DNA of 64,000 nucleotides from Eledone cirrhosa (GCA_964016885.1 OZ024742.1:192262001-192326000); one strand, 5' to 3'; shown: positions 16,572 to 30,940, counted from the stretch's first letter. Numbers and translations are program-made. Notes: generated by a model from the letters alone, not told the origin.

Positions 16572-16620
<49 letters not shown>

Positions 16621-16747
16621 ACCACCACCACTATTTTCAACAATCATATTTTCATATATTTTTTCCACGTATATATATATTTTTTATTTATATATTTGTT
16701 ATCATCTTCATTCTAACTTCTTTATTATTTTTTTATTTTTATTTTTC

Positions 16748-16778
<31 letters not shown>

Positions 16779-16866
16779 TTTCTTTTTCTTTTTCTTTTTC
16801 TTTTTCCTTTTGTGTTATTTGAATTCTCCGTAGTATAAATACAAATATCGAGTGCAATTTTGTCAC

Positions 16867-16983
16867 TTATTCTGATGATTTGATTAGGCATACACTGTAT
16901 TTAAGATTGAGTGACACAACTTCGAGTGATTAGCAATCTTTAGACATCCTAATCAATGAAACAATTGTTGATACTGTAAATAA
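16867..16983 (+). ncRNA. Hammerhead ribozyme with extended stem II
   Basis: UUAUU-CUGAUGA-U-UUGAUUAGG-[~60 nt]-CCUAAUCAA-U-GAAA-CA..UG-UA-AAUAA; TATAAATA at ~16834. Confidence 0.7.
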
Positions 16984-17188
16984 AACCCTTTTTGTACTGT
17001 TGACCAGGTTATTCTTCACTCTTTCACTATTATTATTCCAAGATTAACCTGCATAGGAATTCCCGGGAACTCGCCACCTAACTAAGGAAACCTTTTGTTG
17101 AGTCAAACAACGACGTACTTTCAAACTATCCACAATACAGAGTACTCACAGCCTCTAACGGGATTACCTATAACGATAATTTGTTATC

Positions 17189-17256
<68 letters not shown>

Positions 17257-17296
17257 GATATTAAACAAATGGAAACTATATTTATAAAACCATATT

Positions 17297-17362
17297 TATT
17301 TCATTATACATATTTCAGGGATACCATATTAAAAATATGGCATGCCTTCGTCAGATAAAATA
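17297..17362 (-). ncRNA. Hammerhead ribozyme
   Basis: UAUUUUAU-CUGACGA-AGGCAUGCCAUAUU(UUU)AAUAUGGUAUCCCU-GAAA-UAUGUA-UA-AUGAAAUA. The plus-arm copy has C3>A. Confidence 0.75.
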
Positions 17363-17436
17363 CAATATATAAACAGTTTTATAAATAATTTTGACGTACC
17401 ATATTATAAGCGACCATTATAGACAGCTTCCTAATA

Positions 17437-17620
17437 TAATTGTTTCTACTTTTGGCACAAGGCCAGCAATTTCCCAGTGTATTACTGGTACTTTATTTTA
17501 TCGACCCCCGTAAGGATGAAAGGCAAAGTTAACCTCGGCGGGATTTGAACTCAGAATGGCAAGGGCCGTATATCTATGCGTCAAAGCATGGCGTCCGACC
17601 CTCTACCGATACTGCCAATT
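17437..17620 (-). mobile_element. tRNA-derived SINE (family A)
   Basis: A box TGGCAGTATCGG, B box GTTCAAATCC, central GCCTTTCATCCTTACGGGGTCGATAAAAT (recalled as Meta-domain-like), tail GTAGAAACAATTAT. Confidence 0.9.
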
Positions 17621-17871
17621 ATAATGGTCGCTTATAATATGGTACGTCAAAATTATTTATAAAACTGTTTATATATTGTATTTTATATGACGAAGGCATG
17701 CCATATTTTTAATATGGTAACCCTGAAATATGTATAATGAAATAAATATGGTTTTATAAATGTAGTTTCCATTTGTTTAATATCGTATATCTACTCCAAA
17801 ACTTGTTGAGTGCTTTATATTAGTTATAAAATATTTACTTGTTGTAACCCAGCAATTTTAAATAAAACTGT

Positions 17872-17957
<86 letters not shown>

Positions 17958-18021
17958 TATAGGGAATGTAAGATCCAGTAACTGTAGATTCACAAGAGAG
18001 CATAAATATATGACTAATGAA

Positions 18022-18260
18022 TCAGGACCCTGACGGTTGAGCTCCTGCCATTTCGACAGTTAGATCCGAACTGTTCGGATCTAGCTGTCAAAACGGCCAG
18101 AGCTCAGCCATCGGTGTCCTGACTCTTTTCATATTACCCACTCCTCTACCCTAAGTATCGAGTACTCTGGTGCGTTTTGGTCCACCTGGTATCCTACTAC
18201 ATCTTTGTTATGTATAGGGTATCTTACTTACTGTGGTTATCCCCGATTGAACCCGGGATA

Positions 18261-18262
<2 letters not shown>
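18022..18262 (+). mobile_element. Fold-back PLE fragment (hairpin 18022-18122) retaining only the 3' half of an HHR
   Basis: Apex GATCCGAAC-T-GTTCGGATC; tail CCCTAAGTATCGAGTACTCTGGTGCG shared with 41.3, 53.7 and 57.0 kb. Confidence 0.75.
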
Positions 18263-18309
<47 letters not shown>

Positions 18310-18310
<1 letters not shown>

Positions 18311-18525
18311 GAAGGCGTGTGGCGGAGTGGATAGAGAATTGGATTCGCAATCGTAAGGTTGTGAGTTCGATTCCTGGACCAGGCGATGCGTTATGTCCTT
18401 GAGCAAGACACTTTATTTCACGTTGCTCCTTCTACCTGGAGTTGCGACCGATAGATAGTATTAGCAATTGGAAAGACCAACGGAAACATTGTTCCCTCGG
18501 TCCAATTCGACGAGAGTCGATCGTT
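18310..18525 (+). mobile_element. tRNA-derived SINE (family B); partial inverted copy at 55735-55890
   Basis: A box TGGCGGAGTGG, B box GTTCGATTCC, then GTCCTTGAGCAAGACACTTTATTTCAC. Confidence 0.8.
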
Positions 18526-18888
18526 CCTATTATATATATATATTTTATCCCAATAACTTATTTTAGTTATTTTCTCGTTCGCCGGATATATCTGGTCTCT
18601 AATTCTTCATTTAAGTTATATATATATATATATATATACAGTGTAAAGTAGTGATGGTGGTGGTGGTGGTGGTTATACTAGTCTGATTAAATTAATGAGG
18701 ATATAGCGGTTGTGGCAGTAAATGTGATGATGGTGATGCTAGTTGGTTGTGTTGCTGGTTGGTATCTAGTTAGCAGAAGAAAGTGAATTGTGTCACTGTT
18801 GGTAATGGTGGTATTGGTGGTGAGAGCAATATAGGCTGATTATGATGGTTGCAGCATACCATACACATATACTTACATATAAACATAC

Positions 18889-18936
<48 letters not shown>

Positions 18937-19024
18937 CAAAAGCATGTTTACGATTTGTATACATGTATATGTCTGTGTTCGTTTTTTCTTTTTTGTTCAG
19001 TTATACTATATATATATCTATCTA

Positions 19025-19099
<75 letters not shown>

Positions 19100-19927
19100 G
19101 TACATACATGTATACATATTTACATACATACATACGTACACACATGTATACATATTTACATACATACATATATACGTACACATATATACATGTATACATA
19201 TTTACATTCATATATACCTACACATATACATATCATACATATATACATACATGGATGGATGATGGATGCCATGTCTGTGGTAGCAGAGAGCAGGGAATGC
19301 CTGTCTGAGAAAGAGCAGTGGAGTGAAACGGAATCGTTGAAGTGGAAAAGACTTAGCCTACTTGTTTTTCTTCTCTCCCTCCCCTTCTCCCTCTTTACCC
19401 TGCCCCCACTCAAACACCACGCATTAACAAACTCATATACACATATATAGCTCAGCCCCATACCCATCTCAACCACCAACCTCAGGGAAATTTGGAAAGG
19501 GATGACATATGTTAAAATCGAGATCGAAATCCTTATATTAAGGGCGGGAGAGTTTTGTACGTGTATATATATTATTCTTGAAAAATAACCAATCATCCAC
19601 CACCAGAAGTACCACCCACACACGCAGCACCACTACGACAGCTACTACCAACACTAATACTTCCATTATAAACTCCCACTCATCATATACCACTATCACC
19701 ATTACCACCGTCACCTTCGTTACTATTAGCATATATACCACCCACACAATTATCAACACACCCACATCATTTCGGCACCATGTGTTTTTGAAACCAGCTT
19801 TTCTCAATTACTATATATTTCGTATGAATATATGTACGCACACACACACACACACACACACACATATGTATATATATAATGCATGCCACATACAAAAACA
19901 CATTCCTGTATAAACGCATAATATGCT

Positions 19928-19977
<50 letters not shown>

Positions 19978-20044
19978 CGCGTCACTTCTTGGTTTTAAAC
20001 TCCCTCTATGGAGATTACGTATCATTGAGCATTATCTCTATAAC

Positions 20045-20345
20045 AGTGAATTGGCAGTATCGGTAGAGGGTTGGACGCCATGCTTTCTAGCATAGTTACG
20101 TCCCTTTACAGTCTGAGTTCAAATCCCGCCGAGGTTAACTTTGCCTTTCATCCTTACGGGGTCGATAAAATAAAGTACCAGTAATACACTGGGATAATTG
20201 CTGGCCTTGTGCCAATAGTAGAAACAATTATTAACTTACGGAGTTTTTAGATAACTTTGCCTTTCATCCTTACGGGGTCGATAAAATAAAGTACCAGTAA
20301 TGCACTGGGATAATTGCTGGCCTTGTGCCAAAAGTAGAAACAATT
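20045..20345 (+). mobile_element. Composite family A SINE (full copy + 20-nt linker + 3' half)
   Basis: A single TSD ATTATCTCTATAAC at 20031-20044 and 20343-20356. Confidence 0.9.
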
Positions 20346-21868
20346 ATCTCTATAACGTAAATATGTTTCAGTGAGAGTAAGATCTATGTATGTGTGTATA
20401 TGTGTGTCTCACATGTTCTGTAATGACAACACCTTATTTCACTGTGGCCTTAATTATATCCTATTGTGTTAATTAAGATCGATCAGAGCAGGCATGGAAC
20501 TCCAACCCTTAGGCATAGGTTCCAATTGCTAGCAATCGGTTCAAGTGGGTTATTTACTGCCCTCGTAATAAGAATTAGATTCTCTAATGTTGACCAATAG
20601 CTGTCTTCCTAATCATAAGAAGCGGTAAAAATTCTTAACACCTCCTAAAATGTTCCAAACCTACCAGATTAAGGCTCTTTTGGCAGAATCGTTAGAGTGT
20701 TTTGCGGTATTTAGTCATTGGCCATTTACGTTCAGTGTTCAAATCTCGCTGATATCAATTTTTCCTTTCACTCTTGTGAAGTCCATAAAATAAGGAGCCA
20801 CTCAAGTACAGGTACCTATTAAATCGGCTTTCATCCACTTCTTAAACTGCTGGTCTTAGGACTAAATTAGTCAAATAATTAGATGTTAGACTTAATCTAG
20901 AGCTTGGTTAAACACCACCTTATAATCCGTGGGTGGTAGAGGAATATATTGCCGGGTCTAACACCAAGACATTGTCCTATGGTTAATTTAGAAAAAAATA
21001 TCGTTTCAATATCGTTTGAATCAGCTCTACGACACGGGGATACTTCCTCTCATCCATCTCTCCACCCCCAGTAGCCCTGAAAAAGGTCATGGGTAATATA
21101 GCCAATGACGGGGCTTAGGCACGGTCGCTCGACTTGCTAGAAACAGCAGCCAATCTCCCACCACCACCACTCCGACCGTTTTCACTTTACTAACATAAAG
21201 GCTAGAAACAGTGGACAATGGAAGATCTGACATATAAGTAAAACATGATATTCACGACAAGAATGTGTTTTATCGTAGTTCTGCTCTACCAACGCTGGCC
21301 TTGGGTTAAACAACAACATATGAAAACAATTTAAAGAATTTTAGTTGGAATAATACTGTGTTTTGTAGTGCTCGATACTTGATAAATGAAGTGTGTGTGT
21401 GTGTGTGTGTGTGTGCGTGTGCGTGTGTGTGTGCGCGTGTGTGTGTGTGTGTGTGTGCGTGTGTGTGTTTTGACGCCTCTCAGTTTTATATCTAGTTACT
21501 AAATTATTTAAATGGTAACAAGAAATAATTTAAAATGAACAATAACTTCATTATTCAAAACGTCTTGATAATGAACCAACACCACCCAGCCATATCCCTC
21601 TCAAAATAAACATAAATAAATAATTCAAGCTTGTGTTCTATCTCTCTCAATTCCACCATTCTCACACAGAAAATAATTCAATTCAGTTCACAACCCAAAT
21701 AAACCCGTTGTATATTCAATTCTACACTCAAGCGTCATACTGTTCTCTACTCAGTTTTATAAGTGGAAAGTTGTTTTTGCTGTTGTTGTTGTTGTTTAGT
21801 CCCAGGTCAAACTCGATTGATAAGACCTGTTTATCTAAGAAATATCAGCTATGACTATCCTGTTGTTT

Positions 21869-22000
21869 CTACCCAACTCCTTGCCCATAGAAATTCATTC
21901 TCCAATGTGTCCACTCTTTTACAAAAGCGGCGAAGCTTGGGTTTGTCGCCGAATTCACAAGGTTGCTGCTGCAGGAGAAGCTCTCACAGTATTTGTAATT
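21869..22000 (-). CDS. Candidate terminal coding exon, unknown protein
   Basis: tctcttcatttag| acceptor; NYKYCESFSCSSNLVNSATNPSFAAFVKEWTHWRMNFYGQGVG*; unique complex sequence. Confidence 0.3.
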   Translation of the reverse strand, partial: NYKYCESFSCSSNLVNSATNPSFAAFVKEWTHWRMNFYGQGVG

Positions 22001-22169
22001 CTAAATGAAGAGATATCAGTTCTAAGTGAACTGTTACCAATTCAAAGTAAGATGAAAGATTTCAAAATGAGAACAATGATATCAATCGTGTTACAGATGT
22101 TGAAATAACCGTCAAATATACCTCAAACCAGACTAAACTGTCATTACACTTGGCATAGTGCTGCCTTTT

Positions 22170-22600
22170 CTATACGGTGGACGCAGCATTATAGATTGTT
22201 AAGAGGGTTCTTCTTCGAAATCGTTAGGTCCTAGGTTTGATTCCATGACGTGGTATCATGCACAAGTGTCATTTACCTGAGTATCGAATCGACCTATGCC
22301 TTTTGAATGAAATTGGATAGGAAGAAACCGTTTGGAATCCTGTTGCATGAACTTTAACTGTAATTCATAGGTCCAGACTTTTCACATTACTTGTGATGTG
22401 CTAAACATTAATGATATGTAGAAGGCTCAACAACCACTTACACTATAGTACAAGCTGGACTATATCATTAGCTCAAACGTCCCTGATAATTACGTGATAG
22501 GTACAGGTTTGTGTGGAATACTCAGCCATTTACAGTTTAGTAAATTCTCGGGTTGTGTATTGCATTGATCGAACAAGAATATGCATCATCGAACCGACGG
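22170..22600 (+). mobile_element. Old SINE (family C); relatives at 51410-51570(-) and 59470-59745(-)
   Basis: Degenerate tRNA head (GGTTTGATTCC) and a GTGGAATACTCAGCCA-type segment shared with the other copies. Confidence 0.5.
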
Positions 22601-22949
22601 ATATCCCTCCAACCCTCACCCCCAGTGTAGTAAATTACTTTCGAATTGGAATAGATAGTCTTTCACGAAATTAGCACACCAGAATATATACCTTAGTTTT
22701 TTTTTCTCTCTTCTGCTCCTCACCACACGAAACCTTTTCACTCGACACAAAGGTTGTATATAGTTAAGAGAGGTAGTAGTAATTAGTACCAGCAACTGTC
22801 ATGACTTTAGCCCCGGGCATTATCAGAATAGGTGAAGTGAAATTACTTCAAACGAAGATCGAAACTGCAGCTTGGATTTTTCTCTCACCTCGAGCTTACC
22901 TCGTGTTACACATTATACAAAATGATTAATTGTTATGAGGATAGATGAG

Positions 22950-23023
<74 letters not shown>

Positions 23024-23031
23024 CATACACG

Positions 23032-23091
<60 letters not shown>

Positions 23092-23133
23092 CGTATATGC
23101 ATACTCACACATATATTATATACATTTACATAC

Positions 23134-23242
<109 letters not shown>

Positions 23243-23633
23243 TGTGAGTGTATTCTTGTGTGAGTGTGTGTGTGAGAGAGAGAGTGAGAGAGAGAAGTGG
23301 GGTTAGGGAATTACACCGTTAAACGTCTCGAGGAAAAAAATAAATTGGGAAAGGAATTTCACTGCAATGCTCACTGTGAAATTTCAAGAATGTCTTGTAA
23401 ATAGAGAGAGCGAGAGAGAAAGAAAGAGATCTAGCTAAAAATAAATTAGTAGGAAACCACGATTAGTTTCCAAAGTTTACAACGAACACCAAGAATTCGA
23501 TCACATTTGTAATTCCAGGATCTTAGTGAAATACAAGCTAAGCAGATTTATTACATATTTGTCAATTTCCCTTCTCTTTATCTCTCTCTTCCTCTCTCTC
23601 CCTCACTCTGTCTCTCTCTCTCCATCACTCCCC

Positions 23634-23666
<33 letters not shown>

Positions 23667-23692
23667 CATACAAATATATACATATATATATA

Positions 23693-23759
<67 letters not shown>

Positions 23760-23786
23760 ACAAACACATGCACACACTCGCGCGCG

Positions 23787-23825
<39 letters not shown>

Positions 23826-24569
23826 TCCCTCTATTCTTACTTCATGTTTTTAGTTACTAAACGTACCAAATTTACAACAAGTACAAGAAAAAAGAACAAC
23901 AAAAAAAACGGAAAAAGTAACTGGAACATTACTAACAACAACACCAAGAAATCTTTTTTTAAACAGCCTAATCAATTTGGAAGCCAGAACCGTTTTATCA
24001 GCGGAAATAATTAAAAAAGAAATAGCAACAAAACGAACAAAAACATAAATCTACAAAGTTCGTTGAAAACATGTCACGCCATATAATCTCGATAATTTGG
24101 ATATGTTCTCTCAACATTGCCTTTTGGGCAAAACACCAATATGTTATTTTTTTAATTATTAACTACATTTTACTATCTAGTGTGCCTGTATGTGTGTATA
24201 TCTACAGAAGTGTGTAAATGTATTCATATTTATAGGTGTACGAATTTTTCCAGATTTCTAAATAACCCTGTTCTTTATATATATACGCATGTGTCTCCCC
24301 CCCCCCCTTCTTTCTACTCATGTTTTCCAGTTACTTCCTCTTCTCATTCTTTGCTCGTTTTTTTTTTTATTTTATGTTTTATTTCTAACTCTATCCTCTG
24401 ATGAAAGACTAATGTCCGAAACATTATGACACTTTTACTGCTATTTCAAGCTTTAAATTAATATATTTCTTCGACATATTGTCTCGTTTGCTTTGTTATT
24501 TGTTTACTGTTTACACACAATACACACACATATGTGTATGTATCTTTGTGCGTGTGTGTACGTTGGTTG

Positions 24570-26166
24570 TAATGAGTGGGAATTCATCTCGGCCTTCCAT
24601 CTGAGATCGATAAAAATAGCCGAGGTCGATTTAATTGACTATAAAAAATATGTAACCTCGTCAGCTTTGCCTTTCATACTTTCTTGAGTCGATAAAATAT
24701 AATATCTGTCAAGTACTTGGTAGATTTAATCGGCATTCCCCCTCCTCCTCAAATTGCTGGACTAGTGCCTAAACCAGAAACCATTATTTTGCTGAGTTCA
24801 AATCGCGCCGAAGTTAACTTTGCCTTTCATCCTTACGGGGTCGATAAAATAAAGTACCAGTAATACACTGGGTAATTGCTGGCCTTGTGCCAAAAGCAGA
24901 AACAATTATCCATACGGATGGATTGGCAGTATCGGTAGAGGGTCTGACACCATGCTCTGCAGCAAAGAGTTACGGCACTTTATGGTATGAGTTCAAATCC
25001 CACTGAGGTTAACTTTGCCTTTCATCCTTACGGGGTCGATAAAATAAAGTACCAGTAATACACTGGGACAATTGCTGGCCTTGTGCCAAAAGTAAAAACA
25101 ATTATTTATACGGAGATGAAAGAACACTAAAGAATCTAGACGTTACTGGGAATATATTCCTCTTGTGTGTATTGGAGGGGATGGGTGTTGTCTGACTATG
25201 TAGTGGCGGTGGGACAGTTATCTGTGTATATTATTAACTTACGTTGGCAGTATCGGTAGAGGGTCGGACACTATGCTTTGACACAGAGTTACGTCCCCTG
25301 CCATTCTGAGTTCAAATCCCGCCGAGGTTAACTTTGATTTCCATCCTTACGGGGTCGATAAAATAAAGTATCAGTAATACACTGGGATAATTGCTGGCCT
25401 TGTGCCAAAAATAGAAACAATTATTAACTTACGGAGTTTTTAGATCACGATAGTCTTCGGCATAAGGCTTCTGAGTTGAAATAACATCCAGGCCAACTTT
25501 GGTTTTCATTATTTCAGAGTTCAAATCCGGTCGAGATTAGCTTTGCATTTCATCCCTACAGGGTATATTATGGACCCCCGTAAGGATGAAAGGCAAAGCT
25601 ATCCTCGGAGGAATTTGAACTCAGAACCTAAAAGTTAAGTCCCTTTACAATCTGAGTTCAAATCCCACCGTGATTGCTTTTGCTTTCAATTCTTACAGGA
25701 TCGATAAAATAAAGTACCAGTAATATACTCGTTTTGATTTAATTGACTGTCTCCTTCCCTTCAAATTGTTGGCATTGTGTCTAAATCAGAAACCATTATT
25801 TCAACTTTTAAAGTCTGAGTTCAAATCCCGCCGAGGTTAACTTTACCTTTCATCCTTACCGGATGAAATAAAGCACCAGTAACGTACTGGGGTCTATTTA
25901 ATCAACTTTCCCCACCTCCAAAATTACTGGCCCTGTGACTATACTAGAAATCATTATTTCAAGGTCTTCACGGGCGGTGAATTGGCAGTATCGGTAGAGG
26001 GTCGGACGCCATGCTTTGACGCATAGAGTTACGGCCCTTGCCATTCTGAGTTCAAATCCCGCCGAGGTTAACTTTGCCTTTCATCCTTACGGGGTCGATA
26101 AAATAAAGTACCAGTAATGTACTGGGTAATTTGCTGGCCTTGTGCCAATAGTAGAAACAATTATTT
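24570..26166 (+). mobile_element. Cluster of about 10 family A SINE copies and fragments
   Basis: Young copies at 24792-24909, 24918-25105, 25243-25421 and 25972-26162, plus older ones. TSDs TTATTAACTTACG and ATTATTTCAAGGTCTTC. Confidence 0.9.
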
Positions 26167-27350
26167 CAAGGTCTTCTTCTTTTTCGTCCTGAGACATTTT
26201 AATCACATGCCATAGTATCTTTTCATTTCAAGATCGATAGATAAACTAGCAATCCGAAATTGGAGTCTGTTATTACGTATCATTTTTGTTATACTCTCTC
26301 TTTCGCTGTTTCTCTTTCTCTCTTTTTCCGAAATCGGGTGTGATCAGAACTGAAGTGGAGTGGGCTCCTCCAGTTTTTAGTACCCGAGGTGAGATGTGTG
26401 TAGTAAATTCTTGAATTTGAATTATAGCAGTTTAGTGGAATGATGGTTTAACAAAGAAGATATCATTTCAGGAAATTTTGAAACGTGAAAAAAATACAAT
26501 AAACAAAAGAAAATCAGAACATAACCCCCCCCCCCCCCAAAAAAAAAAGATAATTTTTAATGGCTAAGATAGGGGAGTAAATGAAACACCCACTGACCCC
26601 TTTTCTACGGTCTCTGAAATTGCTAGGAGAAAGAGAGGAACATAATATACTCAAGTCGAATACCTTGTCTGAATGCTCGCAATAGATTATACTCTGTAAA
26701 AGCACTACAGAGCCTAGTAGAGCTATTGATGGTGATGATTTTAAAGCCCATGATTCCCATGGGAGAAATCTTTAGTACAGGGTGAGGAAGATGAAACAAT
26801 GAGGTGACTGGAAAAGGAAATTTGAGCGAGTTTAGAGGAGATTAGAAGTTGTTTTCAGAGAACAGCTTGAGGTTGAAGTATGATAGTGTAGACCGGATAT
26901 ATTTTACTCTCTCTCTTGTGTGTGTGGTCTGTGTATAGGAAGGTAAATGTATACGTGATCTCTTTATATGTATATATAGTATATAAAAACGTCTTTGGGG
27001 TGATATATATATATATACCCAGAGATATCCACGGTAAGTTGTGGGGTCTATTCACCTTAACATCATATGAAAAAATCAATCTGATTGGTTAGTTCTTCAG
27101 CTACCTCCAAATAAAGTCATAGAACTAAACATAATACTAATTTACTACTAATTTTGAATAAAATTATTATTGCTTTTGACAACAGCTGGTGATATGCATG
27201 TAAGTAAATTCTCCTTATCTGATAGTTTGTAACTAACCTTACATAGATCGATAACGAAGTATAGTTACGATGTATTATCATCACCTAGAAATGATCGTAA
27301 AGCAGTGAAGTACATCTCTAATGACTTGATTTTTTATTTCATTGTTTTAA

Positions 27351-27424
<74 letters not shown>

Positions 27425-27427
<3 letters not shown>

Positions 27428-27655
27428 TTATTAAAATAACAGATTAAAGTTTAAGCAAAGAATCGCTGCTTTCACCCTTAACGGGATCTTCTGAAACTCA
27501 AGTTTCAGAAGATCCCGTTAAGGGTGAAAGCACCGATTCTTTGCTTAAACTTTAATCTGTTATTTTAATAAATATTTGCTCTACGGTTCTTATATATTTG
27601 ATATATATTTTCCTTATCGAGCCCTCTTTGGATTTTAGTCTTCAATTTTATTATT

Positions 27656-27660
<5 letters not shown>
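27425..27660 (+). mobile_element. Fold-back insert in (TA)n (hairpin 27425-27574); single-arm copy at 61372-61441
   Basis: ~74-bp arms; HHR-like CAGAAGA-UCCC(GUUAA)GGGU-GAAA with a non-canonical core. Confidence 0.75.
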
Positions 27661-27718
<58 letters not shown>

Positions 27719-27754
27719 CCCAAAGACGTTTATAAATATATATATATATATACA

Positions 27755-28084
27755 CAGTTGTCCCCCGGTATTCGCCGAGGTTACGGTCGTAGAGGACAGT
27801 GAAGAGTGAAAATCCGCGAATGTTTGACATAGTCCATAAAAATGCCTATAAACGACAAAATATAACGTAGAAAATAATAAAAAAAAAGTGTGAACGTCTT
27901 ATGTGAAAGGGCGTCCAATATGCCGGTAAATACGGCATATTGTTATTAACAATTTAGCGTTTATTGCCACAAAACAAGCCATAAATAATCGCGCAAGATA
28001 TTTACGTTTTCGCGAATATGCGTTGGTTTCCACGAAAATGTATTACGTTCTAAGGAAAATTCTGTGAATGCCGTGGGTACACTG
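27755..28084. mobile_element. Tigger/pogo-like MITE
   Basis: Imperfect TIRs CAGTTGTCCCCCGGTATTCGC and (reverse complement) CAGTGTACCCACGGCATTCAC; TA at the right flank. Confidence 0.7.
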
Positions 28085-28092
28085 TATACATA

Positions 28093-28165
<73 letters not shown>

Positions 28166-28325
28166 GAAAATCAAAAGGTTATATCGAAAGTTGGTAGAGC
28201 ACTCAGTCTAAAAAATGAGTTGGTTTCAGAGTTGACTCCACAACACAATTCCAGTTGAAAATGCTTTTTAGGTGAAACGCGTATGGTTCGGTAATTGTTG
28301 TGGAATCAACTTTCTCTCTCTCTCT

Positions 28326-28435
<110 letters not shown>

Positions 28436-29712
28436 CGAGCGTTTGTTAGCGTACTGTGTTTTCGACTCAACCCCCATCTTTTAAAATAGTGTTTAACTGT
28501 CTTGTTAGATATGATATCCCCAAAGGAGCACCAGTACTGTCGACAACGATTGAAACTCTAATTCCATTTCGAGAGCTGATGACTTGCGGTTGTTACGTCC
28601 CCTCTATGTTACCATTTTTGTGTCGCTTATGTACCAAACAATTTTGTCCTTTATTCACCCTTCTCCGTACATCTGTCTGTTTTTCTCCGTATATGTTGCA
28701 AATTTTGCAAACCTCTGGCCCTGGAGGCATTAATATAGCTTGCAGCTATGATAATAATTTGAATAGCATGTGCAAGTTATACAGTTTCTAATGCTGTTTT
28801 ATACAACACCTGCTTATGGCATCAGACTTAAACAACCACTCATTGACTCACACATGTAATATAGTGAGCATATAAGCATTTAGAAATACGCGGTGACGAA
28901 AGAACAACATTAGCTTGGTGACTAATATTATTTTAGTCATTTACAATATTTATACACCCACGTGGTAGAGGTGTTGTTGTTGTTGAGGTGTTGGTGGTGC
29001 TGCTGGTGCTCGTCGGGGTTGCTATTATTGTTGTTGTAATAAAGGTGGTTAAACAAATTGACATTACGGCATTCGTTCTAAATCTTTTAATTCTGAGTTC
29101 AAATCCCGCTGAGTTCAACTTTATCTTTCAGCCTCCCAGGGTCGGTAAAATAAAGTACCGGGTACATACTCGGATCGATTTAATTGATTTTCTCCTCGAT
29201 CAAAATTGCAGGACTTGTTATTGGATTTGTTGTTTAGACGCCAGATCATCTTCCATGATTGAATCAACGCTGTATCTATAAACAAAGACGTTCCAACTGG
29301 AACCCTCACGTCTTATATCTATAAATTCTTCTATCCAATATGTAATTTCTTCAACTTTTGAGACGGTGGAGTAAGATTTGTCATTTGATATGTTGTTTAG
29401 CATATCAAGTGTAGAGGCTCCTCGTTAGCTCATGGGCAACATGGCATTTTCATGAGAGGTTATCATGTTAATGGTAACTAAGCCAACAACAGAAACATCA
29501 CCATTCCCTTCCTTTCTCTTTCAGTATTTTCTCCCCGCCTCCCCCGCCTCTCTCTCGCAACCATGTATGAATTAAATGAAGTTGAAAACAATGTACAAGA
29601 TTATGATTTACAGCGGTTTCATTTGGCGAATTAACAAATTATTTTGCTCTTTCTCCAAAGACTGAATCGTTTATAACTATTGTTTTTATGTACACATGAG
29701 TGAAAACGCGCA

Positions 29713-29778
<66 letters not shown>

Positions 29779-29906
29779 TATATATAGAGAGAGAGAGATT
29801 CCCGAGTTGTGTCGGAGGTAACCACAGTTTTAAAGTTATTCAAGAAGTTGGTAGCGTGTAGACATTTTTATATAAATCTATGTATATATATATATATATA
29901 TAAATC

Positions 29907-29945
<39 letters not shown>

Positions 29946-30150
29946 TTCTGCCATTTCTAGTTAAACTGAAAATTCCCTAGCCCAACATGACATATACCGT
30001 TCTAAAAAATATGGCTGACTTGCCAACTAAGTCTCTTATATCTTTGCTTGTATTCCCTTATACCTACTTTCCACTACATCAATACTACAGTAGAATAATA
30101 GCCAACGGCGGCGGCATAACATCAGCATTAGCTTTCGTTGAGGAACTTAC

Positions 30151-30216
30151 CTACTCTTGGAGTGAGGCCAGCAAACGCATGTAGAGAATGGTATTCTGCT
30201 TGTCGACCATCGGCAC
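30151..30216 (-). CDS. Candidate 66-nt internal exon
   Basis: Polypyrimidine tract + aagtag| (NAGNAG) acceptor and AG|gtaagt consensus donor. Phase-1 reading [22 protein letters not shown]. Confidence 0.4.
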   Translation of the reverse strand: MPMVDKQNTILYMRLLASLQE

Positions 30217-30264
30217 CTACTTTCGATTTAAAAAAGACAAAACTAATAGATAAACAGACAATGC

Positions 30265-30940
<676 letters not shown>

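Larger units (their letters stand above)
16160..16581 (-). mobile_element. Fold-back PLE-derived insert; near-perfect 337-bp palindrome at 16245-16581
   Basis: Centre CAACAT|ATGTTG at 16414/16415; ~168-bp arms; (TA)n on both sides. Confidence 0.9.
17251..17875 (+). mobile_element. Fold-back PLE-derived insert (arms 17251-17421 / 17620-17790) with a SINE in the loop
   Basis: ~170-bp inverted arms in (TA)n; unpaired tail containing TTGTTGAGTGCTT. Confidence 0.85.

Noticed and set aside
18310-18385. tRNA gene
   Set aside because: A and B boxes are present, but there is no proper acceptor stem and the sequence runs into a SINE body. The same applies to family A heads.
24570-26166. CRISPR-like array
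   Set aside because: The repeats are SINE copies with TSDs in a eukaryotic context; no cas genes are present.
27501-27540. Functional hammerhead in the 27.5/61.4 kb family
   Set aside because: The core reads CAGAAGA and stem III/UH cannot be formed convincingly; kept only as HHR-like.
29218-29403. 61-aa ORF (…WIEEFIDIRREGSSW…)
   Set aside because: No recognisable family or convincing splice sites.
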